Assembly (NCBI GenBank): GCA_051313645.2
Contig: JBNRSN020000018.1
Location: 80,104,001 to 80,168,000, forward strand
Direction of reading: 5' to 3'
DNA length: 64,000 bases
DNA from: Centroscyllium fabricii
Lineage: Eukaryota
The notes below the pieces were generated by a model, which searched no databases, had not been told where the DNA came from, and saw only the letters and a list, made by a program, of their open reading frames with translations. The position numbers were made by a program, and so were the translations under genes. How positions within the stretch are numbered: the stretch's first letter is position 1; each line of letters opens with the position of its first letter. Shown here piece by piece: positions 50,333 through 60,484 of the stretch.

Positions 50333-51890
50333 ATGAGCCTGGTGGACGTGGGCCTTCCTCCCAACAAATTTATCATACTTCTATTCCTAATGATGATCGG
50401 GACTGGCAGCATGGAAACAGGAGACACCGAGGTGTCCTTCCTCTACGGCTGCACAGGAGAGAACGGGCCTACCGTGACACAGGGGGGTAGGACAGGGGAC
50501 ACGGACGGAATGGCCACTTACTTCCATGAGAGATGGTGGCCAGGGTGGCTGGGATCAAACTCGACTCGGTACTCCGGCAGCGAGGGTTTCACATATGGAG
50601 AAGCTTCCATACCGTGTCCCAAACTGCAGGTCACAGCCACACGGGTTAGGGTGACCGAGGGGGTGGAGGGGGGGAGTAGAAATATGCTGGAACAAATGGT
50701 GGGAAGAGGAACTGGGAATTTACGTGTGTATGTGGGGGTCGGAACCAATGTTCCCTCTAAGCTGTGCGCATGTGCGCGCGCACACATGTTATGCAACCAG
50801 CGCACAAAGTAAATTAAACTGCGCACAAAAAAATTGAGATATACGCCAAAATTATCTTAATAATTTCACGTTTACATGCGCTCAAGAATTCAGTGCGCAC
50901 ATATTTTTTGTCACTGGGACAAATTTGCACAGCATAACATTTTTATGCACATAGACCATTAAAAATTAGAGGGAATGTTGGTCGGAACAGGTCTGCTCGG
51001 CGGGTGTGTCGATTGCCTTCTTGCGGCAGTGGCAGGATTCCGGGGCCGGGATCGGATGGGATCAGAATGGGGACTCCTGCGTGATCCCAGACCCTCCCAA
51101 CACAGTAAATTCCACAGAACGGGTAGCACACGAGAGGAAGCCCCTGCCCACAGCCCCACCGGTACAGGAAACACAGATTAGTTGCCCCGTCACCACACCG
51201 GGAACGAGGAATGGATTAGTGTTAGTCCCGACCGGCAAGATCTTGTACCAAGACATTCACTACGAAGTCGCGTCGGTCGTTCTAAATTTAACCTGGGTAC
51301 AGCTGCCCCGGTGGTGTCCGGTAGAAACGGAAAAATTATATGAGGCCCTGTTGAAGGAAATGTTCCGACAATTTTATGAATTAAGTTACGGGGAGGTGAA
51401 TCGGGAAAGTCTGAACGATTTAACTGTAAACCATCGCGGTGGTTCGGGGAGATATAGACAGGGGATATTTAATGATGTGGCTACAGCCTTCAGCACGGAC
51501 ATGTCCATTATCAACAGCATGGACAATGCACAGTTGTAGATGCAGGTCAACACCTTGAGGGACCAGCTGCGAAAGATACTGGGGGAGGGTAGCGAGCTAG
51601 AGGGGTCGGAGTTACGGGAGGACCAAGCTATGACGAGACATTTAAAGGAAGTCATATCCGAGCTGGAGGCACACGCTCAGACGATCAATAGTTTGATCAG
51701 GGAGGATCAGAATGCCTCGGCACAGGTAGCAAAAAACGATGTGTGTATTGTACGGTGTGTGGCTGCTGAACGAAGGGTGCAGTAATTTGGAGGACCTACA
51801 GCAAGGTCGCGTCCCTTCGTGGGTCAGCAACTGGCACTTCACTGCGCTCAACCCGTACAAAGATTTAATCAGCCGTGCCAACTCCGACTG
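50333..51890 (+). pseudogene. Envelope-like class I fusion glycoprotein pseudogene
   Basis: Hydrophobic signal FIILLFLMMIGTG; NLT/NST sequons; RYRQ|GIFNDVATAFSTDMSIINS (cleavage site and fusion-peptide-like); long heptad helix; stop at 51537, frameshifts, truncated before any TM anchor. Confidence 0.6.
50746..50980. mobile_element. hAT MITE inserted in the env-like gene
   Basis: TIRs CAATGTTCCCTCTAA / TTAGAGGGAATGTTG; perfect 8-bp TSD GTCGGAAC. Confidence 0.9.
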
Positions 51891-51892
51891 GC

Positions 51893-52144
51893 CTCTCCAC
51901 ATTGTTATCTCTCTCTATATATGCTATGTTTAAATGAAACACTTAAAATATGTTAATAAGCCTTTGTGTGTCTATCTCTACTGAGGTGAGATGTGGGAGA
52001 TATCGGATTTCTCTCTTCATCACATATGTGCGTTCTTTAAGTCAGTCTCTCTCTTTCACCTTGACGAAGGAGCAGCGCTCCGAAAGCTTGTGATTTAAAA
52101 TAAAACTGTTGGACTATAATCTGGTGTTGTGTGACTTCTTTCAT
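51893..52144 (+). mobile_element. Penelope pLTR fragment
   Basis: Collinear with 27660-27900. Confidence 0.8.
52056..52093 (+). ncRNA. Hammerhead ribozyme motif with a 1-nt insertion at the core
   Basis: TCAC-CTTGACGA-A-GGAGC agc GCTCC-GAAA-GCTT-GTGA. Confidence 0.6.
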
Positions 52145-52839
52145 CTGAAGAAGAAGAGCTTGTTAAGTTAAATCGTCTGGGAGATCGAAACGAGATCTAA
52201 ACCATCCAAACCTGGGAGGAGGCCTGGAAACCATTTCCCTGAGGCCATGTGTTCATTAAAACCACAGACAGCGGTCTGTGTATTGGGGGGGTGGGGTATA
52301 TCAGAGAGTCGTTTTGGATAGCTCTCTCTCTCTCTCCTGCCCTCCCCACAACGGAATGTCAAGAGGAACAGAGCCTTGCTCTTCCAACCGAGATGGACAT
52401 CGACTCAGACTGGGACTCGCATGCCGCAAGGCCGGTACGGAACCAGGTAGCCGAGACGTATGGGAGGAAGCTGCAAGCAAGATCAAGGGCAATCTAGGTG
52501 AGCATTGCCAAACCTGCACACCCACAAAATCACTTAGCTGTGTGAGGGGGTGCCTGTATGTTCTTACTAAACCAGAGGAGGTTTAGCATTGGAAGGGTCC
52601 TGTGATAGTTTAGTTCACAGGAGGGTGTTTTTAGGCTACGGTAAGTCAGCACGGCAGGGGCTTGTTGGACAAGTCAGGGTTGTACTGTTTTACACTGTAC
52701 TGTTGTGTTCACACCGCTCATGCTGTATGCAAGTGGAGTGGTTTTGTCAACTTTAATAAACACTGTATGAGTGAGCCCGAAAACGCTGTCCGTGTTCCAA
52801 TCTGTCCTCAGTAATCCCTATCATCCAGAACTTGTAGTA

Positions 52840-54290
52840 AGGGGGTTTGCGTGCTCGCTTCGGATAGGGCGAAAGCACTTACAGTAATTAGTGATTGCGG
52901 CAGGGCCTATAGGAAACTGGGCACCGCAGAAACCGGTTACAGAGTGAAGGCTTCAGTAAATGCCATATCCCACCATCTGCAACACAAGCCTTGCACACTG
53001 CTCAATGCACCAAACCCCCATCACTCAACTACCAACAATATCTACCTATCACTACTCATACTTCAATCATGGCTTCACTTCATTCTCACAGCCTTACCAC
53101 TGCTGCAACACTCACACCCACATCTCCCACCTTGCTCACACTTACCGCTATTCAACTATGGCAGGCACATCACCCAAACACATTGCACTACATTCTCTGA
53201 CACGCTTCTCTTTATCTTGCAGGCAAAGGTGGCACAGAACAGGAGGGAGCAACAGCAGACGAGAGGTGGCCTTTACAGAACCTCAGCGACCTGGAGGAGT
53301 CCATCCTTGACATAATTGGAGTGACAGTCATGGAGGCCATGGCAATGGGAGAAGTTGAAGGCATTGCTGATAATGACGGTATGGCCATACCTAATCCTTC
53401 TTCTCACATTCCACCTCTCCCTCATCCAACAGTCTCTTCTCATTTACAAGCTCCTGATGGTGTATACATGGATATCTTGTTTTCCCTCCCTCCCCTCATC
53501 ACAACCCAACCCTTGTGCCTTTCTGCTTTCAGGTACCCAAGAAGTACAACTAGCACAGCCTGTCCCTGAAGTTGTGAAGGAGAGTGATGGAGGAGAAGAC
53601 ACACCGTCACTGCATCTGACACCCTCGTACACCAGCTCAGAAAATGGCAGGATCTGCACATTGTTGGGCACTGGGCATGAGTGGGCTGCAGCAAGACCAG
53701 GGGGAAAAGGTAACTTGGGGGCCAACTCCCTGGACGGCAAGTTCGCAAATGCGTTTTGCGGCACACGACTTCGAAGATGACCTCGATGGGGTGGCCTTCA
53801 GAAGGGTGATGGGCATGTACACGGAAATGCTAGGTGCAATGGCTTGCCTGCCAGATAGCCCCCTGTCAATGTCAAGGAGCATGGAGGAGGTCAGCTCCAA
53901 CATTGGACGGGGCTTTGTGCAGAGCTTGGTTTCCAGGATGGAAATGATGGACAACTCCAGGAGAGACCTTGTGGACCCAGCCATGATGCTGTGTGTGCAG
54001 CACAGGCAGAAGCAACCCAACGTCTCAATGCTGCAGTAGAAACGCAGACTGCTCTCGTGCAGGCTCAGCTTGCTGCCATTCAAGCTTACACTGTTGCCAA
54101 ATTTGCTGGGTTTATGAGTGTTGAAAGGGGCTTGCAGGGTGTTACAGCAGGCCAGCAATCTGTCCTCCAACAGATTGCTAGGAATGCTGAGGCACCGCCC
54201 CAGGGAAGTGGCAGTAGGTCTGTGGAGCAAGAACCTGCTGTCCTCTCTCAGGATGACAGCATTCCTGCTCCCACTGTGGAACATGTGCCA
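52840..54290 (+). mobile_element. Decayed Harbinger-type Myb/SANT accessory gene fragment (intron-containing)
   Basis: ttgcag|AKVAQNRREQQQTRGG resembles the K..(H)NRRE...TGGG end of Harbinger trihelix proteins; second acceptor at tttcag 53532; coiled-coil-like tail. Confidence 0.5.
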
Positions 54291-54448
54291 GCGTACTTAT
54301 TTAGTAGAAGCAATCTTGCATTGCTCACTTCATCAGTCACCTCAGGAATAAAATTAAATAGACTCACTTTTACTCTCTGTTTAGAAACTTGGGAATCCAC
54401 CCAACATCTTTGATATGTGTGTAACCTTCCCATTGTTTCTCACAGGTA

Positions 54449-54861
54449 ATAGAAACATAGACATAGAAACATAGAAGATAGGAGCAGGAGTAGGCCATTC
54501 GGCCCTTCGAGCCTGCTCTGCCATTCAATAAGATCATGGCTGATCATCCAAACCCAGTACCCTGCCCCTGCCTTCTCCCCATATCCCTCGATCGCTGTCG
54601 AGCCTACACCGACACATATCCCACCCTATCCCCGTAACCCCACATATTCAATCCCCCAACACTAAGGGTCAATTTATCATGGCCAATCAACCTAACTGCA
54701 CATCTTTGGAATATGGGAGGAAACCGGAGCACCCGGAGGAAACCCACGCAGACTCGGGGAGAATGTGCAAACTCCACACAGATAGTACCCGAGGCTGGAT
54801 TTGAACCCGGGTCTCTAGTGCTGTAAGGCAACAGTGCTAACCACTATGCCACCATGCCACC
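54449..54861 (-). mobile_element. V-SINE (HE1-like)
   Basis: Reverse complement of the SINE at 7442-7845. Confidence 0.9.
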
Positions 54862-55961
54862 ATAATCTGTCAGGGGACCACCAAAATTCCATCATAATCA
54901 GGTTTAATATATAATGTATAAAAAGCTACTTACTGCCATTTCCATTCGGACTACACAGTTCAGTTAAGCTTCAGTAATACTACAGACACTGTGTCAGAAT
55001 GAAATCTGTAAAGTGTGTCCCTCGGTAAAGGAAGCCCAAGTTATATTGCCAAGAATTCCTCATTATGAGTTGGACTGAGGTCAGTGACAAAGGAGCACTA
55101 CTTATGCATACTTGAGTTCAGCTCCGACAACAGCTAATGAGAGAATGAGCAGGAATCTCTGCTTTTCTTAACATTAAGAAAGTAAAAAAATAAGTTTATA
55201 AAGCTCCCAGACAGCCCAGTGGATCATCTGGGAACTTATAACATTTTTATTTACACCAGGCTATTGTGGGAGGCTACGGTCTCCCGCGTAAAGAAATAGC
55301 CAACACAGCGAGCTACAAGAAATAGGTCTTTACGCCAACTCTCACAATACAGTACTGAATTCGTAAAGCCCACGAACCTGTGATGACTCACGGGTTGGTC
55401 ACCTGATGGAACCTGATTGGTTTTTCTTCTCGCAGCCGCAGGCAAGTCTGAACATGCCTTATTCCTCTCAGCTTGCAACTGTCTTGCAGGGGATGGGGAA
55501 TACAGCAGTTAAAAGGGGATTATACAGGTTTATCTACATACACACAGTGCTTCCCCAATGTGGCAACGCCACATACGCCCCCCCAAAATCCTCGTTAACT
55601 GTAAAAGTCAGTCTCTGCGGAGGTTTGATCAAGCGGCTGTAGCAGCTGTAGTAGTCATCTGGCGTGTGAGGAGGGCTGTCTGGGAGGTCAGCCGGTTGGT
55701 TCGTCGGCTGGTCCGGCTGCTGGTCTGCCGGTGGGCTGGTTGGACGGGCTGCCGGTGAAGGTGGGGCGGCGGCCGGGTAGTAAGGTTCTGGCGTGTCTTG
55801 TTCCTCTTGTGGGGCCGTCGCCAACGCGGGAGGTCTGCCCCACCGTGGGGGAAGAGCCGGTCGAACTGGGAAGCTGAGGTCCAGGTGCGCCGGTTTGAGG
55901 CGGTCTACTAAAATAAGGTCCGGCTTCCCACCGACGTCGATAAGAAAAGCTTTGTCCCCCG

Positions 55962-58900
55962 TGTTGTAAGAATGAAACTTACACGATAGGAACTTAAGGT
56001 AAGCTTTAATCAACTTATAAAGGTGCTACATACAAAAGAGGTCTTCACTATGCCTCTTACTAAATCATAGTGAGTAGCCCAGTATTTATACTGGGCTAGT
56101 TACAGGAAGTGACATCATACAAAAGTTCATAGGTCCCCGGAAGTGATGTAAGCAGATAGAAGCTGTTCTGTATTACCACATTCTTCCCTCCCAAAAGATT
56201 AGGAGGCCGCCTCCCTCCCAAAAGAGTAGGAGGCCGGAATCCTCCCTTCATTACGTATCCGTCGAATGAGGGAGAGTCGCACCCGTTTGGGTTCACATGG
56301 TGATAGAGGGTCTCTAGCCCGTTTACGTGCCGTGGGCCATTGATCAGAATCTGTGTGGTCTGGCCCGCCCTGTGAAGGGTCTGGGAGAGCATGGCTTTGC
56401 GTTAGAGCCCGAACGGGTGTTGAGTAGGTCTGTGGTAGATTCGTTTCTGGGCGTGTAGAACGTGGTGGATCGTGGCTGCGTGTGCGAGCCCCAACGGGCT
56501 CATAGTCGGTCTGCCTCCGGTTTGTATCCTGGAGTGAAGTGCCAGCCGGCGTCAGATCCAGATCCTGGTGAGGGGTACCTGGCGAGCACAGAGATGCGCC
56601 TGGCAAATCACCATCCCCAGGTGTCCCAGTAAGTTTCGGCGGGCAGGGAGCCAGATCCCGTAACGACACAGTGGATTCCCGACCGTCAGGATATCGGATA
56701 TATGCATAGGTCGGGTTGATATCAGTCAGTTCCACCTCGTCTACAAGGGGGTCATTCTTGGATGCCCGGACATGTCTCCGGAGTAACACCGGTCCTGGTG
56801 TAGTCAGCCACGATGGAAGAGAGATCCCGGAGGATGAGCGACGCTGGAATTGAAAGAATCGTTCATGGGGAGTCATATTCGTGGCGGTCGAAAGAAGGGA
56901 CCGTGTAGAATGCAATGCATCTGGGAGTACTGCTTCCCATTGCTGGATGGGCAAGCCCCGAGATTTCAAAGCTAGACGTACAGAATTCCAAATGATGCCA
57001 TTATACCGTTCGATTTGCCCATTCCCGACAGGATGATAAGGCGTCGTTTTACTGGTAGCAACGCCCCGATCCGAGAGATAAGCCTTGAGTTCTCCTGACA
57101 TGAAGGAAGGACCCCGATCCGAGTGAACGTCAGACGGCATGCCACAGAAAGAAAATACCTGTTCAAGGCAGCTGATAACGGTGGATGACAGCATATTGGG
57201 GCAGGGAAAGGCAAACGGAAAACGGGAATATTCGTCGACCATGGTCAGTAAATAAGTGTTTCGAGTTGAAGAGGGCAACGGGCCCTTAAAATCAATGCTA
57301 AGCCGTTGCATTGGCTGGGTCGCATGTATGAGCGTACCACCCGAGGGGCGGAAAAACTGAGGCTTTAATTCTGCACAGACTCTGCAGTCCGAGCACATCT
57401 TCTTGACATCCCCGGTAGAAAAAGGGAGATTCCGTGATCGCACGAAGTGTAACATGCGGGTAACGCCAGGATGACACAATCCATCATGGACGTCCATGAG
57501 AGTAGAGGGTGACACGGCGGAGCAGAATGCTCGTGTGAGGGTATCCGGGGCCACATTGTCCTTGCCAGGTCGGTAGTGGATGGTGTAACCGAAAGAGGCC
57601 AACTCCATCCGCCAAAGCTGGATCTTATTATTTTTAATTTTGGTTCGTTTCCGATTATCAAGCATAAAAGCGACCGATCGCTGGTCTGTTATTAACGTAA
57701 AGTGTTGCCGAGCTAGGAAATGGTTCCATTTCCGTACTGCCTCGATAATGGCTGTAGCTTCTTTCTCCACTGGAGGATAATGTATTTCGGCACCTTGAAA
57801 GGTCCTGGATAAAAATGCCACCGGACGACCTTCCTGATTCAGAGTAGCCGAGATCGCCACTTCTGAGGCATCACATTCAACGACGAAGGGCAGATTCTCA
57901 TCAATAGAGTGAAGGGCCGCTTTCTCCAACAGTTGTTTTAGAAGATTAAAGGCTGTAACAGCCGCTGTGTCTAATGGAAATGTTCCGGCCTTCAGTAGGG
58001 GTTGGATTCTGTCCGAGAAGTTAGGAATCCATTTAGCATAATACGCAAAGAGGCCGAGGGCCCGACGCAAGGAGGCTGGATTCTTAGGTGGCGGGAGCTC
58101 TTGGAGCGGACGAAGCCTTTCAGGGTCCGGTTTAATTATGCCATTGCCCACACAATAGCCAAGGATGTTGATGGTTGGTTGTGACTCAATAGATTTAGAC
58201 GCATTCAATGTTAAATTACGGTGCTGGAGTGCATCCTGAAATCGTTGGAGATTGGCGTCGTGTTCCTGTTGATCACGACCTGCAACAGTAATATTATCTA
58301 GGTAAGGAAAAGTATCCTTTAAGTTTTCCTGTTTGACGAAGTCATCCATTGCCCGCTGGAAGACAGCCACTCCATTAGTGACCCCAAACGGGAGGCGACG
58401 GAACTGGTACAGCCGTCCATTGGCCTCAAAGGCCGTATACTGCTTGTCTGAGACTTTCAAAGGTACTTGATGATAGGCGCTTTTCAGATCATACGTTGAG
58501 AACACCGTGTACTCAGCCAATTTATTAACCATATCATCTATGCGCGGCAATGGGTAGGCGTCCAAGTCCGTATATTGATTGATGGTCTGTGAATAGTCAA
58601 TGCACAGCCGTTTCTTGTGAGGCTGCAGAGGATTTTTAACAATAACAACTTGGGCCCGCCATGGCGATGAACAAGGCTCGATGATATCCTCTGCCAAAAG
58701 CCGAGAAATTTCAGTCGCAATAAAGGACTGGTCTTCCTGAGTGAAACGTCGTGATTTTGTTATAATTGGCTTGCATCGAGGAGGAATACTGGTAAATAGT
58801 GAGGGTTCATCCAGCGAAGCCGCTGACAACGCACAGAACGGTAATTGAGGCAGGATATTAGAAACAGTGAGTCCGGGTTTGGATCCGCCGAACTCAATAG

Positions 58901-60484
58901 TGAGCGTCTTATGCTGCTTTTGGAAGTCCAGCCCTAAGAGAAGGTCACTACACAGGTCCTTGAGCACCGAAAGCCGGGTAGAGGGATACCTGTGGCCATT
59001 AAGTGATATTTCAACAATACAAAAGCCGGAGGTTCTGGTGTTGAGCGACGACTGAGCCATCGCAATTGCCTGGTTGGATGGGAAAACATGTAGCTTTAAC
59101 TTTGTAACAACCTGTTCCCTAATAAAACTATCAGAGCTGCCAGAGTCAATTAAGGCATCTAAAGTATGTCCAGCAATTGATGCCTTCACAGCAGCATAGA
59201 ATAGATTTGGAGGACAAGCAGCTGTAATTGATGTTGTTGCACAAAGAGTGGCAGAAACTCTAGGTGTGCTTCTTCGGGAAAAACCCCGAGAGGAAGCATG
59301 ATAAGATTTAGCCGGAATATCTTGATAGGCCCTAATTGGGGCAGTTCGATAGGACTGAGCTTGATAAGCCCTCGTAGAGGCTCGTGATAGGCAAACCTTT
59401 GCAAAATGACCCTTTTTGTCACAATGACTGCAAATCGCATTGCGAGCAGGGCAGAATTTCCTAGGATGAAACTCATCACCACAAAAGAAGCATTTCTTAG
59501 ATCGCCAAGAGGCTGCCAGAGTGGGGTCATTATCTTCTTCATCAGTGAAGTCCTCAGATTGATCATCAGGATAAAGGTCCTCTCTAATAGAGTTCACCTG
59601 TGGCTGCTTAAATTGTCTGGTTGTGGTTAAAGCAGCAGTTCGAGGTCTAGGTACTTCATAAAGGTCTGCATTTCTTTTTGCCAAATCCAGAGAACAAGCC
59701 AAGTCATAAGCTTTTTGTAGTTCCAGTGTCTTACTTTCGAGTAGACGCTGGCGAATAAATGGGGAGGCAAGCCCGCAGATGAAGGCATCACGAATCATCT
59801 CTTCACGGTACAGCTCAGCTGAAGCCGCCTGAAAGTTACAATTCATGCTAAGCCTGCGAAGCTCATGAAGGAATTTATCAATTGATACCTCTGGCCCTTG
59901 TCGGGCTGTAGCTAGTAGATGTCTAGCATAGACCTCATTAGGTGTCTTAGTATATAGTCTCTGAAGTGTCCGAATTGCCTCATCAAAATTAGTCCAATGA
60001 TCCACACATTCATATACCCTTGGGGTGACATAGTTGATTAGTAACTTGAGCTTCATGTCATCATCAGCTTCACAATATACAAGAAAATTTTCAAAAGCGT
60101 GATACCAGTGTTTCCAGACTTTATCAGCTGCTGAGGTGTTTGGGTCCAAATCGAGACGAGTCGGTCTAAGGAGGTTCTCCATGCTGGTGGCTTCCCTGGA
60201 TCCTCAGCTCCGAGTTTTGTCCAAAAGTTCGAGTTGAGTGAGAGGTTTTGCAAAGTTGATTAAATTGTTGTAAGAATGAAACTTACACGATAGGAACTTA
60301 AGGTAAGCTTTAATCAACTTATAAAGGTGCTACATACAAAAGAGGTCTTCACTATGCCTCTTACTAAATCATAGTGAGTAGCCCAGTATTTATACTGGGC
60401 TAGTTACAGGAAGTGACATCATACAAAAGTTCATAGGTCCCCGGAAGTGATGTAAGCAGATAGAAGCTGTTCTGTATTACCACA
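55962..60484 (-). mobile_element. Gypsy LTR retrotransposon, Mag-like (element C), apparently intact, nested in the integrase of D
   Basis: 219-bp LTRs 55962-56180 and 60266-60484 identical by eye; perfect TSD CCCCG; PPT GGGAGGGAAGAA. Confidence 0.96.
56199..60182 (-). CDS. Single gag-pol polyprotein of element C (1327 aa)
   Basis: Uninterrupted ORF: two Zn knuckles, LIDSGSS protease, RT (YDLKSAY, YLDN), RNase H (CDAS, EKEA, TDQ), integrase HHCC plus D,D(35)E. Confidence 0.93.
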   Translation of the reverse strand: MENLLRPTRLDLDPNTSAADKVWKHWYHAFENFLVYCEADDDMKLKLLINYVTPRVYECVDHWTNFDEAIRTLQRLYTKTPNEVYARHLLATARQGPEVSIDKFLHELRRLSMNCNFQAASAELYREEMIRDAFICGLASPFIRQRLLESKTLELQKAYDLACSLDLAKRNADLYEVPRPRTAALTTTRQFKQPQVNSIREDLYPDDQSEDFTDEEDNDPTLAASWRSKKCFFCGDEFHPRKFCPARNAICSHCDKKGHFAKVCLSRASTRAYQAQSYRTAPIRAYQDIPAKSYHASSRGFSRRSTPRVSATLCATTSITAACPPNLFYAAVKASIAGHTLDALIDSGSSDSFIREQVVTKLKLHVFPSNQAIAMAQSSLNTRTSGFCIVEISLNGHRYPSTRLSVLKDLCSDLLLGLDFQKQHKTLTIEFGGSKPGLTVSNILPQLPFCALSAASLDEPSLFTSIPPRCKPIITKSRRFTQEDQSFIATEISRLLAEDIIEPCSSPWRAQVVIVKNPLQPHKKRLCIDYSQTINQYTDLDAYPLPRIDDMVNKLAEYTVFSTYDLKSAYHQVPLKVSDKQYTAFEANGRLYQFRRLPFGVTNGVAVFQRAMDDFVKQENLKDTFPYLDNITVAGRDQQEHDANLQRFQDALQHRNLTLNASKSIESQPTINILGYCVGNGIIKPDPERLRPLQELPPPKNPASLRRALGLFAYYAKWIPNFSDRIQPLLKAGTFPLDTAAVTAFNLLKQLLEKAALHSIDENLPFVVECDASEVAISATLNQEGRPVAFLSRTFQGAEIHYPPVEKEATAIIEAVRKWNHFLARQHFTLITDQRSVAFMLDNRKRTKIKNNKIQLWRMELASFGYTIHYRPGKDNVAPDTLTRAFCSAVSPSTLMDVHDGLCHPGVTRMLHFVRSRNLPFSTGDVKKMCSDCRVCAELKPQFFRPSGGTLIHATQPMQRLSIDFKGPLPSSTRNTYLLTMVDEYSRFPFAFPCPNMLSSTVISCLEQVFSFCGMPSDVHSDRGPSFMSGELKAYLSDRGVATSKTTPYHPVGNGQIERYNGIIWNSVRLALKSRGLPIQQWEAVLPDALHSTRSLLSTATNMTPHERFFQFQRRSSSGISLPSWLTTPGPVLLRRHVRASKNDPLVDEVELTDINPTYAYIRYPDGRESTVSLRDLAPCPPKLTGTPGDGDLPGASLCSPGTPHQDLDLTPAGTSLQDTNRRQTDYEPVGARTRSHDPPRSTRPETNLPQTYSTPVRALTQSHALPDPSQGGPDHTDSDQWPTARKRARDPLSPCEPKRVRLSLIRRIRNEGRIPASYSFGREAAS

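Larger units (their letters stand above)
40109..52830 (+). mobile_element. Decayed env-bearing retrovirus-like element (integrase C-half, env, probable 3' LTR remnant), split by several insertions
   Basis: LALMGV..SPSRSTGYSPHELMTGR (40140-40245) continues at 49964 into WEVGDKVMV...PLYMGSYNIVDKASPMVY..WFHVNQCKLF; env-like frames 50333-51890; AATAAA at 52755; right boundary approximate. Confidence 0.7.
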
